A DNA stretch of 30,147 bases from Myxococcales bacterium. Lineage in GTDB: Bacteria; Myxococcota_A; UBA9042; JABWCM01; BTVJ01. Positions 17,707 to 26,541 of the stretch are shown piece after piece. The DNA is taken from NCBI GenBank assembly GCA_045863395.1, contig BTVJ01000092.1, forward strand, positions 1-30,147, read 5' to 3'. Position 1 is the stretch's first letter; each line of letters opens with the position of its first letter. The notes beneath the pieces were generated by a model. That model was given only the letters and a program-made list of their open reading frames with translations, ran no database searches and had not been told where the DNA came from. Made by a program: the position numbers and the translations under genes.

Positions 17707-19569
17707 TTAGAACCCGAACCCACACATGGCAGACAGCCCGCCGCACTCGATGCCGCCGAGGCAGTTGCCCTTGCTCAGGCAGACGGCGCCCGCCGGGTCG
17801 AAGAGGCAGCCGAGGTCCGCGAGGGGGGGCCGGCAGGTGCAGAGACCGAACGCTCCGGGGAGCAGCTCCGGGGGGAGGCCAGCGCCGCCGCCGCCCCCGA
17901 GCAGATTCTGGCACGTGCTGCCCGAGGCTGCGTCGCAGAACGCCGTGATGTTGTCGCAGGCGCCGGTGGTGTCATAACAGAGGCCGGTGGCCTGGTCGCA
18001 GGCCAGCACGAACTGCGCCGAGGTCGGGCACCCCTCGGTCTGGCACTTCCCGGTCGCGGGGCCCGTACCGCCGCCTCCACCCTCGCACCAGTAGTTCTTG
18101 CAGGTGCCGCTCTGGCAGTGGCTGTTGTCCGAGCACTGCACGCAGCTCTTGTCGCCGTTGATCTCCGCGCAGTGCGGATAGTCCCCACCGCAGGCGGCGC
18201 AGATGTCCCCCGTGCAGGAGTTGGTGTTCGGGTCGCAGATCTGGCCCGACCCGCAGTGGGTCGAGTTGAGACAGGCGACGCACTTGTTGAGCTGCGGGTG
18301 GCAGACGGGGGTGGCGCCCGAGCACTGGTTGCAGTTCTGCGGGCCGACCTCCTCCTTGCACTTGTGGGTCGCCGTGTCGCACTTCTGGCCGGCGCCGCAG
18401 TGGCCGTCATTGAGGCACTCGACGCAGGTGCCCTGCCAGCAGTTGGGCGTCGGCGCCGCGCAGGCCCCGCCGCAGGCGTCGCTCCCGCAGGTCGCTCCGA
18501 AGCAGCAGGCTGCGCCCGTCGGCTTGCACACCTTGACGCCCTCCTCCGTGGTGCAGGCGCTGTTCTGGGGGCACTGGTCGTCCGCCGCGCACTGAGGGAC
18601 GCACTTCTTGTTGTTGGGGCCGAACTTCACGCACCGGCTGCCCGGGCCGCAGGTGTCGTCCGTCGAGCACGAATCGCAGACACCGAGCGGCGCGACGCAG
18701 AGCCCTGTGCTGAACTCGCAGACCTTGCCCTCCGCGCAGCCCTCCTGGATGCACTTCTTGTCGCAGGTGCCCGAGCCGGGGATGCAGCGGCTGCCGACGT
18801 CAGGGAGGTTGAAGCACTGGTAGCCGCTCGGGCACTCGTTGTTGGTCACGCACTCGGTGAGGCAGTATGCGGAGGCGGCGAAGGCAACGCAGGTGGCCGT
18901 CTCGGGGCCCCCGCAGTCCTTCTCGCCACCGGGGCACGCGCGACAGAGCTGCTGGCCCTCACCGCCGCCGCCCGTCTCTTCGCACTCGCCCGTGTCCTCA
19001 TTGCAGACCTCGCCCTCGCCGCAGGAGTCCGCAGTGCAGGCGCCTGTCGAGGCGTCTGGATCCCCGCCCCCCCCCCCCGAGGTGCACGTGCTGGTGGCCA
19101 CGTCGCACTTCTTGGTCTCGCAGTCCGCGTCCTGGGCGCACCACTCGGCGGCCTGGCAGGTTCCGCCCTTGCACTTCAGGGTGTCGCAGTGCTTGTCCTC
19201 CGTGCACTTCTTTCCCGTGCAGGTGACGCCGGCGCAATCTCCGGGCCCGCCGGCGACGCACAAGCCGAGTACGCAGGTGAGGCCCTCGGCGCACTCGCTG
19301 CACCCCAGGCACTGGCACTCGACAGGCGTGCACAGGTCGCCCGCTGCGCACACGCCGTTTGCGCCACAGTCGGCGGAGAAGGGCTGCGTCGAGTCGCAGG
19401 CGAGCACGCCGCACACCCCTTCCACGCAGACCTGGAGCTTCGGGCAGTCCAGCGAGGTGGTGCAAGGGATCTGGGAAGTTCCGCCGTCCGCGCACGCACC
19501 CAGGCACAGCGCGAGGAGGGTGGGTCCCAGGAAGCGGGACAGGGTCCGCAGCTCCAATCTTCGATGCAT
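17707..19569 (-). CDS. Cys-rich surface lipoprotein (about 620 aa)
   Basis: MHRRLELRTLSRFLGPTLLALCLGAC lipobox, many C-x-x-D-x-x-C-x-x-G-x-x-C modules and CVECLNDGHC/CVACLNSTHC/CVQCSDNSHC repeats separated by poly-Gly linkers. Confidence 0.85.
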   Translation of the reverse strand: MHRRLELRTLSRFLGPTLLALCLGACADGGTSQIPCTTSLDCPKLQVCVEGVCGVLACDSTQPFSADCGANGVCAAGDLCTPVECQCLGCSECAEGLTCVLGLCVAGGPGDCAGVTCTGKKCTEDKHCDTLKCKGGTCQAAEWCAQDADCETKKCDVATSTCTSGGGGGDPDASTGACTADSCGEGEVCNEDTGECEETGGGGEGQQLCRACPGGEKDCGGPETATCVAFAASAYCLTECVTNNECPSGYQCFNLPDVGSRCIPGSGTCDKKCIQEGCAEGKVCEFSTGLCVAPLGVCDSCSTDDTCGPGSRCVKFGPNNKKCVPQCAADDQCPQNSACTTEEGVKVCKPTGAACCFGATCGSDACGGACAAPTPNCWQGTCVECLNDGHCGAGQKCDTATHKCKEEVGPQNCNQCSGATPVCHPQLNKCVACLNSTHCGSGQICDPNTNSCTGDICAACGGDYPHCAEINGDKSCVQCSDNSHCQSGTCKNYWCEGGGGGTGPATGKCQTEGCPTSAQFVLACDQATGLCYDTTGACDNITAFCDAASGSTCQNLLGGGGGAGLPPELLPGAFGLCTCRPPLADLGCLFDPAGAVCLSKGNCLGGIECGGLSAMCGFGF

Positions 19570-19615
19570 CGAGTTCGCCTCCGCGCGCGAGGTGCGCCGC
19601 AAAAATCGCGACAAC

Positions 19616-19644
19616 ACCTTACGCGACCGAGTGGGCCGATACAA
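19616..19644 (-). promoter_or_regulatory. Putative sigma70 promoter for the Cys-rich lipoprotein
   Basis: Minus strand TTGTAT-17 nt-TAAGGT. Confidence 0.5.
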
Positions 19645-19740
19645 CGGGCACCAGATTGCTGGCGCGTAACTTGGCTACCAGGCTCGATGGAGCCCAGCCG
19701 AGGGCCCGCTTCTACGGCGCGCCGTCGACGGTCAGCCTCT

Positions 19741-19769
19741 TTGCTCCATCGGCTTGCCCGTGGTAAGGT
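19741..19769 (+). promoter_or_regulatory. Putative sigma70 promoter for the small lipoprotein
   Basis: TTGCTC-17 nt-TAAGGT with TG extended -10. Confidence 0.5.
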
Positions 19770-19809
19770 GCCCGCTTGCTGGTCCATCGTCTCCGAGGAG
19801 CTGCACCCC

Positions 19810-20055
19810 ATGTCCAAACAGCGTGCCGCGAGACCCTTCGCCGTGATCGGTGTCCTCAGCTTGGCGATTGGCGCCCTTGCCGGGGCCTGCGCCATGGAGC
19901 CACCGTCCCATGCTCCCTGGCCCACACTGGAGCAGGGCGGCTCGTCGCCCAAGACCGGGGTTGAGGGGGGCAAGGGGAAGATCCCAGTCGTGGACAAGAA
20001 CCAAGGTGGTGGAAACACGCCCCAGACGAAGGACGCGGGGGGATCCGAGAACTGA
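19810..20055 (+). CDS. Small lipoprotein (81 aa)
   Basis: GAGGAG 9 nt upstream of the ATG, signal MSKQRAARPFAVIGVLSLAIGALAGAC and a G/P/K-rich mature part. It is the tail of shadow ORF 18118..20055. Confidence 0.7.
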   Translation: MSKQRAARPFAVIGVLSLAIGALAGACAMEPPSHAPWPTLEQGGSSPKTGVEGGKGKIPVVDKNQGGGNTPQTKDAGGSEN

Positions 20056-20081
20056 TCGTCCACAGCGCTGCCGACCAGGCG

Positions 20082-21578
20082 CTACTCCTCGAGCAGCTCG
20101 TCGTCTCCAGGCTCCTCCGGCTCCTCCGACGGCCTCTCCCCACCGTCCTCGTCGTCCCCGTACAGCGCCTCCAGATCCTCGTCCTCGCTCAGCTCGTCGA
20201 GCAGCTCCTGTGTTCGCTGCTCCTGCTCAGGGCTGACGGCGGGCCCCCCGGGCTCCTTGGACTCGGCGGCGTGGCTTGCGACCTGGGCGGGGAGCCACTC
20301 GCTGAGGGCGGGCACGTAGGTGATCACCAGGAGGGAGAAGACCAGGAGCCCGATGAACGGCACGACGGAGCGGTACACGCTCAGGATGGGGCGGCGGAAC
20401 TGGAAGTGGGAGATGAACAGGTTCATGCCGACGGGGGGCGTCAGGTACCCGATCTCGAGGTTGGCCAGGAAGATGATGCCCAGGTGGATGGGGCTCACGT
20501 CGAACTCCTGGGCCAGCGGGATCAGGAGCGGCACGACGGCGACCGTGGCAGAGAAGATGTCCATCAGGCAGCCGATCACGAGCAGGAAGACGTTGAGCGC
20601 GAGCAGGAACGCGACCCGGCTCGAGATGACCTCCTTGAGGGAGGCGAGGATGCGGCTCGGGATCTCCGCCTGGGTCAAGAAGTTGTTCATGCCCAGGATC
20701 AGCGCCAGGATCAGGATGATGGCGCCCACGAGCACCATGGACTCGCGGACGAGCCGGGGGAGGTCCCGGGAGAGGCTCACGTCGCGGTGGACGAACACCT
20801 CCAGGATCAGCACGTAGACCACGGTGATCGAGGCGATCTCGTTGATGCCGATGCGGCCCGTCTGGAGCAGGACGAGGATCGCCACGGGGAGCAGCACCTC
20901 CCCCGTCGCGGCGCGGAGGGCCCTCATGGCGTTGGTGATCGTGAACGGGGTGCGCGCGATGCGGAGGCGGGCGCCCGTCCAGAGCGCGTAGCCGCAGAGG
21001 GTCCCCGCCATGACGATGCCGGGGAGCAACCCGCCGAGGAAGAGGTCGGAGGGCTCCACCGCGGCGGCGCCGCCCGTGGAGAGCGAGTACACCGTCGCGT
21101 AGAGGAAGATGGGGAGGCTCGGGAAGAACAGGAGCCCGAGGGAGCCCGATGCGGTCATCAGGCCGAGGGAGAAGCGCTCGGGGTACTTGCGCTCCAGGAG
21201 CACCGGGTAGAGCAGGCCGCCGAGCGCGATGATCGTCACGCCGGATGCGCCGGTGAACGTCGTGAAGAAGCTGCACGTGAGCACGGCGACGATCGCGAGG
21301 CCCCCGGGGAGCCAGCCGAACCACGCCTCCGCCAGGTCGACCAGGCGCTTCGGGGTGCCGCTGTTGGCGAGCAGGTAGCCAGCGAAGGTGAACAAGGGGA
21401 TGGGCAGCAGATAGGGTTTGTCGAGGAGGTCGCCCATGACCACGAACACATTGACCAGATCGATGGGCGGCGAGCTGAAGGCCGCGTAGGAAAGGGCGGT
21501 CCCGAGGAACATGACCGCGAAGAGCGGCATCCCCAGCAGCGCCGCCCCCACGAGCGCGATGACCAGCAGCGTCGTCAT
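20082..21578 (-). CDS. TRAP transporter large permease (DctM)
   Basis: LLPIPLFTFAG, FTTFTGASG, GSLGLLFFPS, GCLMDIFSA and EIGYLTPPVGMNLF. Acidic C-terminal tail. Confidence 0.93.
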   Translation of the reverse strand: MTTLLVIALVGAALLGMPLFAVMFLGTALSYAAFSSPPIDLVNVFVVMGDLLDKPYLLPIPLFTFAGYLLANSGTPKRLVDLAEAWFGWLPGGLAIVAVLTCSFFTTFTGASGVTIIALGGLLYPVLLERKYPERFSLGLMTASGSLGLLFFPSLPIFLYATVYSLSTGGAAAVEPSDLFLGGLLPGIVMAGTLCGYALWTGARLRIARTPFTITNAMRALRAATGEVLLPVAILVLLQTGRIGINEIASITVVYVLILEVFVHRDVSLSRDLPRLVRESMVLVGAIILILALILGMNNFLTQAEIPSRILASLKEVISSRVAFLLALNVFLLVIGCLMDIFSATVAVVPLLIPLAQEFDVSPIHLGIIFLANLEIGYLTPPVGMNLFISHFQFRRPILSVYRSVVPFIGLLVFSLLVITYVPALSEWLPAQVASHAAESKEPGGPAVSPEQEQRTQELLDELSEDEDLEALYGDDEDGGERPSEEPEEPGDDELLEE

Positions 21579-22135
21579 CGGGGGGCAGCGTCCAGTGTTG
21601 GCTCACCCCGCAGCGCCCCTCGAAGGCGCACGGTGCCGGCGACGAAGAAGTGCAGCGTCATCAGCGCGAAGCCCACCACCAGGGGCCACTTCCAGAGCTG
21701 GTCCCGCCAGTACCAGGCGACCTTGTCGGGCAGGAAGCGGTCGTCGGGGGCGATCACCTCGGTCACGTAGCGGTGGGCGGTCAGCGTGATCCAGGCGCAG
21801 ACGACGCCGCTCGCCAATAGCAGGAAGGCGGACACCGCCGTGCGCACCCGCGGCGGGAGGTAGGGGGTCACCGCGTCGATGGCGATGTGCCGGACCTGGC
21901 GGGTGGCGACGACGGCGCCGAACACGCCCACGTAGAAGACCAACGTGAAGGTGACGCGGTTGATCGCCGCGGACTCGCCGAGATCGAGGCCCAGGTTGCG
22001 GTTGAGGATCTCGACGAAGGACAGCAGGATGACCGTCGCCAGGAGCGCGCCGAGGACGCCCTGCTCGAGGCGGCCCAGCACCCCGTCGTACAGGGTGGAC
22101 CAGGGGCCGCTCGGTTGCGTGGTGGAGTCTGGCAC
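21575..22135 (-). CDS. TRAP transporter small permease (DctQ)
   Basis: 4 TM segments and GAVVATRQVRHIAID. GTG follows GAGG, with an ATGA overlap with dctM. Confidence 0.88.
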   Translation of the reverse strand: MPDSTTQPSGPWSTLYDGVLGRLEQGVLGALLATVILLSFVEILNRNLGLDLGESAAINRVTFTLVFYVGVFGAVVATRQVRHIAIDAVTPYLPPRVRTAVSAFLLLASGVVCAWITLTAHRYVTEVIAPDDRFLPDKVAWYWRDQLWKWPLVVGFALMTLHFFVAGTVRLRGALRGEPTLDAAPR

Positions 22136-22151
22136 GGGCCCTCGCGGTGGT

Positions 22152-23162
22152 TCAGCGGGCCTCGGACGCCAGCTTCTTGACGCGGTCGAGCAGCGCCTGC
22201 GGGTACACCTTGCCGACCAGGTCCTTCTGGACCCCCTCGGCAAGGCGGCGCCATGCTGCCTTGTCCTCGGCCGACTGATCCACGAGCTGGATCCCCTGCT
22301 TCTGGAGCAGATCGAAGGAGCGGGCGTTGTCCTGCCTCACCTTCTTGATGAGGATCTTGTGCCACTTGTCCGCGACGCGGCGCAGGATGGCCTGATCCTC
22401 GGCGGGGATCGCGTCCCACTGGGCCTTGGAGATCACCGTCGCGCCAATGCCGAGCGCCACCGGGTCCTTGGTCATGTATTTGGCCTTCGTGAACCACTGG
22501 AGCGCGATGGCAGCGAGCGGGGACGCGTAGAACCCGTCGATGAGGCCCGTGTTGAGGCTCGGCAGCACGTCCGGTACGCCGAGGGGGACGGGGTTGGACC
22601 CGGCGCGGGAGGCCACGGCCCCCGAGATGGGGTCCGCGGTCCAGGCCCACATCTTGACCTTCTTCAGATCGTCCGGGGTGCGGATGGGCACGTTGGAGAA
22701 GAAGTGCGCGAAGCCCACGTCGCCCCAGCCCAGCAGCACGTAGCCGCGGCTCTCGAACTCCCGCTCGAACTCCTGGCGCAGCGTGTCCCGCGCGTGGTCC
22801 AGGCTCTTGTAGTCCGCGAAGAGGCTCGGGAGCTGGAGCACCAACACGTCGGGGTAGATCGCGCCCAGACCGACGGCGGTGAGCGCGCCACCGCCGATCT
22901 GGCCCGTCTTCATCTTCTTGACCACGACGGCCTCGTCGCCTTGGACGCCACCCGCGTAGATCTTGACCGAGAGGCGGCCGGCGGACTCCTTCTCCAGGTC
23001 CTTCTTGAAGGCGCGGAACACCTTGTCCCAGGCGGAGCGCTCCGGAGCGAGGGTGGCCACCTTGATCACCACCTCGGCGCTGGCGGTGGTGAGGAGGCCG
23101 GCAGTGAGGCACAAGGCGAACGCCAGCGTCAGAGAGCTTCGGAGCTTTGCGGTACGTGCCAC
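22152..23162 (-). CDS. TRAP substrate-binding protein DctP (TatP of a TPAT system)
   Basis: IKVATLAPERSAW, YAGGVQGDE, LGWGDVGF and DVLPSLNTGLID. Sec signal peptide; RBS AGGAGG. Confidence 0.92.
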   Translation of the reverse strand: MARTAKLRSSLTLAFALCLTAGLLTTASAEVVIKVATLAPERSAWDKVFRAFKKDLEKESAGRLSVKIYAGGVQGDEAVVVKKMKTGQIGGGALTAVGLGAIYPDVLVLQLPSLFADYKSLDHARDTLRQEFEREFESRGYVLLGWGDVGFAHFFSNVPIRTPDDLKKVKMWAWTADPISGAVASRAGSNPVPLGVPDVLPSLNTGLIDGFYASPLAAIALQWFTKAKYMTKDPVALGIGATVISKAQWDAIPAEDQAILRRVADKWHKILIKKVRQDNARSFDLLQKQGIQLVDQSAEDKAAWRRLAEGVQKDLVGKVYPQALLDRVKKLASEAR

Positions 23163-23178
23163 GGGGCCTCCTGGCCGG

Positions 23179-24105
23179 CTAGTCGAAGAGGTCGTCCTCG
23201 CGGTCGAGCCACCGAGCGGCCCGGATCTTCGCGAGGCTGTTGGCCAGACGCTGCTCGGGCCACAGGTCGTCGGGGGCGTCCCGCACCTGCTCCAGCAGCT
23301 TGCGCCAAGCGTCCCGATCTCGGGACTGGCGGACGTGGTAGTACATGGCGTTGACCACGTGCGTCATCAGGTGGCGCCCGGCGGTCAGCTCCGCGGCCCG
23401 GGCGAAGTGGGCCTTGGCGGCCTCCGGGTCGCCGCCCAGCGCCGGCGAGAAGGTCGCTGCCGCCGACCCGAGGACCAGGTGCGCGCCCCCGTGGAACACC
23501 CGCTCGTCGAGGGCGACCACGCGGTTCATCAGGGCCCGGATCTTCGGCAGCTCCATCACCGCCTCAGGGTCGTCCGAGCGCAGGTTCACGCTGCCTGCGA
23601 GCGCAAAGCCGCACCAGAACAGGCCGGGCGCGTCCTCGGGTTCGAGGGTGGCGAGGTGGGCCTCCAGCTCATCGACGGGGGCGTTCAGGATGGCGGGCCA
23701 CTCCTCGTGCTCCAGCGCCATCCATGAGGAGGCGAAGCGCAGGGCGCGCCCATAGAAGTCCACCGCGCGGGCGTGGGTCTTCTCCCAAGCCGGCTCGCCC
23801 TCCTCGAGCACCTCCAGGTCGTCCTCGAGGAACCCGAAGGTGAACGTCGCGAAGGACTCGGCCGCCAGCAGGAGGAGCTCGCCGTTGTCCGGCACCACCT
23901 CCATGAGGCCCTCGAAGAGCTTGAGCTGGCCGAGCGCCGACGTGCGCGCCAGGTCGACGTCGTGCTCCTTGTCGAAGGCAGCGGCCCCCTGGTGGAAGAC
24001 GCTCACCGTCTGATCCGCGGCCATCTTCGTGAAGTTGCAGCCCGCCATCGCCGCCAAGGCGGCCAATAGCAGCGCGCGGGTTCGCTGGCACTCGCGGTCC
24101 GGCAT
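23179..24105 (-). CDS. TRAP transporter T-component (TatT) lipoprotein
   Basis: Lipobox MAGC, D.DLAR.S...LKLFEGL...PDN.ELL, ALDERVFHGGAH...GGDPEAAKAHF.RA and NSLAKIRA. It lies directly upstream of dctPQM. Confidence 0.88.
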   Translation of the reverse strand: MPDRECQRTRALLLAALAAMAGCNFTKMAADQTVSVFHQGAAAFDKEHDVDLARTSALGQLKLFEGLMEVVPDNGELLLLAAESFATFTFGFLEDDLEVLEEGEPAWEKTHARAVDFYGRALRFASSWMALEHEEWPAILNAPVDELEAHLATLEPEDAPGLFWCGFALAGSVNLRSDDPEAVMELPKIRALMNRVVALDERVFHGGAHLVLGSAAATFSPALGGDPEAAKAHFARAAELTAGRHLMTHVVNAMYYHVRQSRDRDAWRKLLEQVRDAPDDLWPEQRLANSLAKIRAARWLDREDDLFD

Positions 24106-24137
24106 CGTCGTCCCCGGTGTTGGTCCCGAAGGGGCCG

Positions 24138-24205
24138 ACGTTAGCCCGGCTCGGCCGTGCATGTCAACGGCAACATTGACGAAGCGCCCGTTCCTTCCCT
24201 ACCAT
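24138..24205. promoter_or_regulatory. Back-to-back divergent sigma70 promoters
   Basis: Minus strand: TTGACA (24167-62)-18 nt-TAACGT. Plus strand: TTGACG (24176-81)-18 nt-TACCAT. Confidence 0.55.
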
Positions 24206-24211
24206 GCGCCC

Positions 24212-24808
24212 ATGGTCACTGATGCTGCCCCCGTCGCTCTCGCCGCGATCCTCTGTGCCGGGTGTGTGGACAGCGGCGCCGGGACGCCCGCCGGGTCGCT
24301 GACCTCCTATGTGGAGGCCCTGGCTGGCGGCGACCGTGGCGCTGCCTACGACCTGCTCGATTCGCAGGTCCGGGGGGATCTCGACGGCCTGCACGGCGCG
24401 CTTCGGGCGACCGCTGCGGTGGTCCGGTCCGAGTGGCCTGCCTCCGAGCAGCAGGCCCTCATGGAGCGCACTGGGGCGAGCCTTGCGGAGCGCACCGAGT
24501 CACCTCGGGAGTATCTGGGAGCGCTCCTGGGTGGTGAGGAGGGGTTTCGCCTGTCGCGGCTCGCCACATGGGGGGCGCGCCCCGTGTCCGTGGAGGCGTC
24601 CGACGGAGCCGCCCAGGTGAGCACCCTCGCGGGCGACACCTTCGCGCTGGTGCTCGACGATGGAGCCTGGCGGGTCGCGCCCACGGAGGCACTTGCGGTG
24701 GCGCTTCGGGATGCCCGCCGGATCGCCGAGGCCAACCTGGAGTCGCTGAGGGCCCACCGCGGCCGGACCGCTGCGCTGCGCAAGGGGCTCGTCCGGGCTG
24801 TCCCATGA
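24212..24808 (+). CDS. Hypothetical lipoprotein
   Basis: Lipobox CAGC; TPAGSLTSYVEALAGGD..AAYDLL and FALVLDDGAWRV suggest an NTF2-like fold. The start is uncertain. Confidence 0.75.
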   Translation: MVTDAAPVALAAILCAGCVDSGAGTPAGSLTSYVEALAGGDRGAAYDLLDSQVRGDLDGLHGALRATAAVVRSEWPASEQQALMERTGASLAERTESPREYLGALLGGEEGFRLSRLATWGARPVSVEASDGAAQVSTLAGDTFALVLDDGAWRVAPTEALAVALRDARRIAEANLESLRAHRGRTAALRKGLVRAVP

Positions 24809-25647
24809 GCCCAGGGGGACAGGGCGCCACCCGCGACGTCGCACTGTATCTAATAGGTGTGGCGCTCTGCGGCCTGCTCACAGGGTGCGGCGCGACGACG
24901 CCGCGCCGGGCCCGACCGCTCCCCATCCCCCGCACCTCGCCTGTCCCGGTCACCCTGGAGGACGCCCTGGCTCTGCGCCCGGAGCCGGACGGCCCGGACA
25001 CGCGCTCCTTCCGCCTGCGAACCGCTGGGGGGACGTGGAAGACCCTCTACTGGCAGAAGGGGAGCGCGTCGGTGGGCTCGCCCAGCAACGGGTCACTGTC
25101 GGGGGGGCGAGCGTTCCCCGACTGGGGGCCGGGCTGGCTCCGCAAGGGGAGCCGCCCGTGGGGGACCGATGAGGCCGTGTTGCTGCTGGCGTGGGCCATC
25201 ACCGAGGTGGGGCTCAACTACCCGGGGACGGCGCCGCTGGTGATCGGGGATTTCAGCCAGGAGGGCGGGGGACGGGTCCCGCCTCACCGCTCCCATCGCT
25301 CGGGCCGCGACGTGGACGTGGGGCTCTACGCCGCCGGCAACGAGCCGGTGCGTGGCTTCAAGCGCCTGGCGCTCGACGCCATCGACTACGACAAGACCTG
25401 GTTCCTGATAGAGCGCCTCCTCGTGACCAACGAGGTCCAGTATGTGTTCGTCGACTACCGCATCCAGGGCGGCCTGTACGAGGCGGCGCTCGACGCGGGG
25501 TGGGACGAGGCGGCCCTGGGCTCGCTGTTCGAGCACCCCCGGGGAGTCGGGGCTGGCGGCGCGACCATCCGCCACGCGCGGGGCCACGATGACCATCTCC
25601 ACATCCGCTTCCGGTGCCCCCGGGAGGACGAGGACTGCATCCCATGA
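24805..25647 (+). CDS. Penicillin-insensitive murein endopeptidase (MepA, M74-like) lipoprotein
   Basis: SVGSPSNGSL, WGT, IGDFSQEGGG, HRSHRSGRDVD and HDDHLHIRF. Lipobox LTGC; ATGA overlaps at both ends. Confidence 0.88.
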   Translation: MSPGGQGATRDVALYLIGVALCGLLTGCGATTPRRARPLPIPRTSPVPVTLEDALALRPEPDGPDTRSFRLRTAGGTWKTLYWQKGSASVGSPSNGSLSGGRAFPDWGPGWLRKGSRPWGTDEAVLLLAWAITEVGLNYPGTAPLVIGDFSQEGGGRVPPHRSHRSGRDVDVGLYAAGNEPVRGFKRLALDAIDYDKTWFLIERLLVTNEVQYVFVDYRIQGGLYEAALDAGWDEAALGSLFEHPRGVGAGGATIRHARGHDDHLHIRFRCPREDEDCIP

Positions 25648-26447
25648 ACGTGATCGAGAGGGTGTTCGGGCGGCGTGGCGCCGTCATCGGCATGGTCCAC
25701 CTGCTGCCACTCCCGGGAGCGCCCACTGCGCGAGGGATGCAGGAGGTGCGCGAGCGAGCTCTCGCCGACGCGCGAGCGCTGGTCGCCGGTGGCGTCGATG
25801 GGCTGTTGGTCGAGAACTTCGGCGATTGGCCATTCTACAGGGATGCAGTCCCCCCCGTGACGGTAGCGGCCATGGCGGTGGTGCTGGCGGAGCTCCTGCA
25901 CCGCTTCGGGCCCATCCCTGTCGGGGTCAACGTGCTTCGCAACGATGCACTGGCGGCCCTCGGTCTCGCTGTGGCCTGCGGGGCCACGTTCATCCGCGTC
26001 AACGTGCTCACGGGCGCAATGGTCACGGACCAAGGGGTCATCGAGGGGCGCGCCGCAGAGCTGCTCCGCGCGCGGCAGGCTCTCGGGGCCGGCGGTGTCG
26101 CGATCTTTGCCGACGTCCTGGTGAAGCACGCCGCGCCCTTGGCACCGATCAGCATGCACCGCGCGGTGCTCGACGCGCTGGAGCGCGGGGGAGCCGACGG
26201 CGTCGTCGTCTCTGGCGCCGGCACAGGGTGCCCTGCCTCCACCGACGCACTCCAGCAGGCATGCGAGGCAGCTCACGGGCGCCCGGTCCTCGTCGGCAGC
26301 GGCGTGACGCTTGGATCGGTGCGCGAGGTGCTCCGGGTGGCGGACGCCGTCATCGTGGGGACGGCCGTCAAGGCAGGCGGGGACGTGCGGGCCCAGGTCG
26401 ACGAGGTGCGGGTTCGAACCCTCGTAACGGGAGCGCGCGGAGCGTAG
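25644..26447 (+). CDS. BtpA/SgcQ family TIM-barrel protein
   Basis: IGMVHLLPLPGAP, VENFGDWPF, GVNVLRND, FIRVN, DVLVKHA and LVGSGVT. Confidence 0.92.
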   Translation: MNVIERVFGRRGAVIGMVHLLPLPGAPTARGMQEVRERALADARALVAGGVDGLLVENFGDWPFYRDAVPPVTVAAMAVVLAELLHRFGPIPVGVNVLRNDALAALGLAVACGATFIRVNVLTGAMVTDQGVIEGRAAELLRARQALGAGGVAIFADVLVKHAAPLAPISMHRAVLDALERGGADGVVVSGAGTGCPASTDALQQACEAAHGRPVLVGSGVTLGSVREVLRVADAVIVGTAVKAGGDVRAQVDEVRVRTLVTGARGA

Positions 26448-26541
26448 GTGCATGACCGGAACCGAGCGGAAATCATTGCCGAACGATGTGTAACCGGCAA
26501 GGCCGAACAGAGGGCGATGTTCTTGTATTTCGTCGGGAACG

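Noticed and set aside
17707..19569. TraA outer-membrane-exchange receptor
   Set aside because: It shares TraA-like Cys repeats, but there is no PA14-like domain, no MYXO-CTERM tail and no adjacent traB.
19659..19675. Sigma54 promoter-like TGGCGC-N5-TTGG
   Set aside because: The conserved -12 GC is GG, and a better sigma70 match lies downstream.
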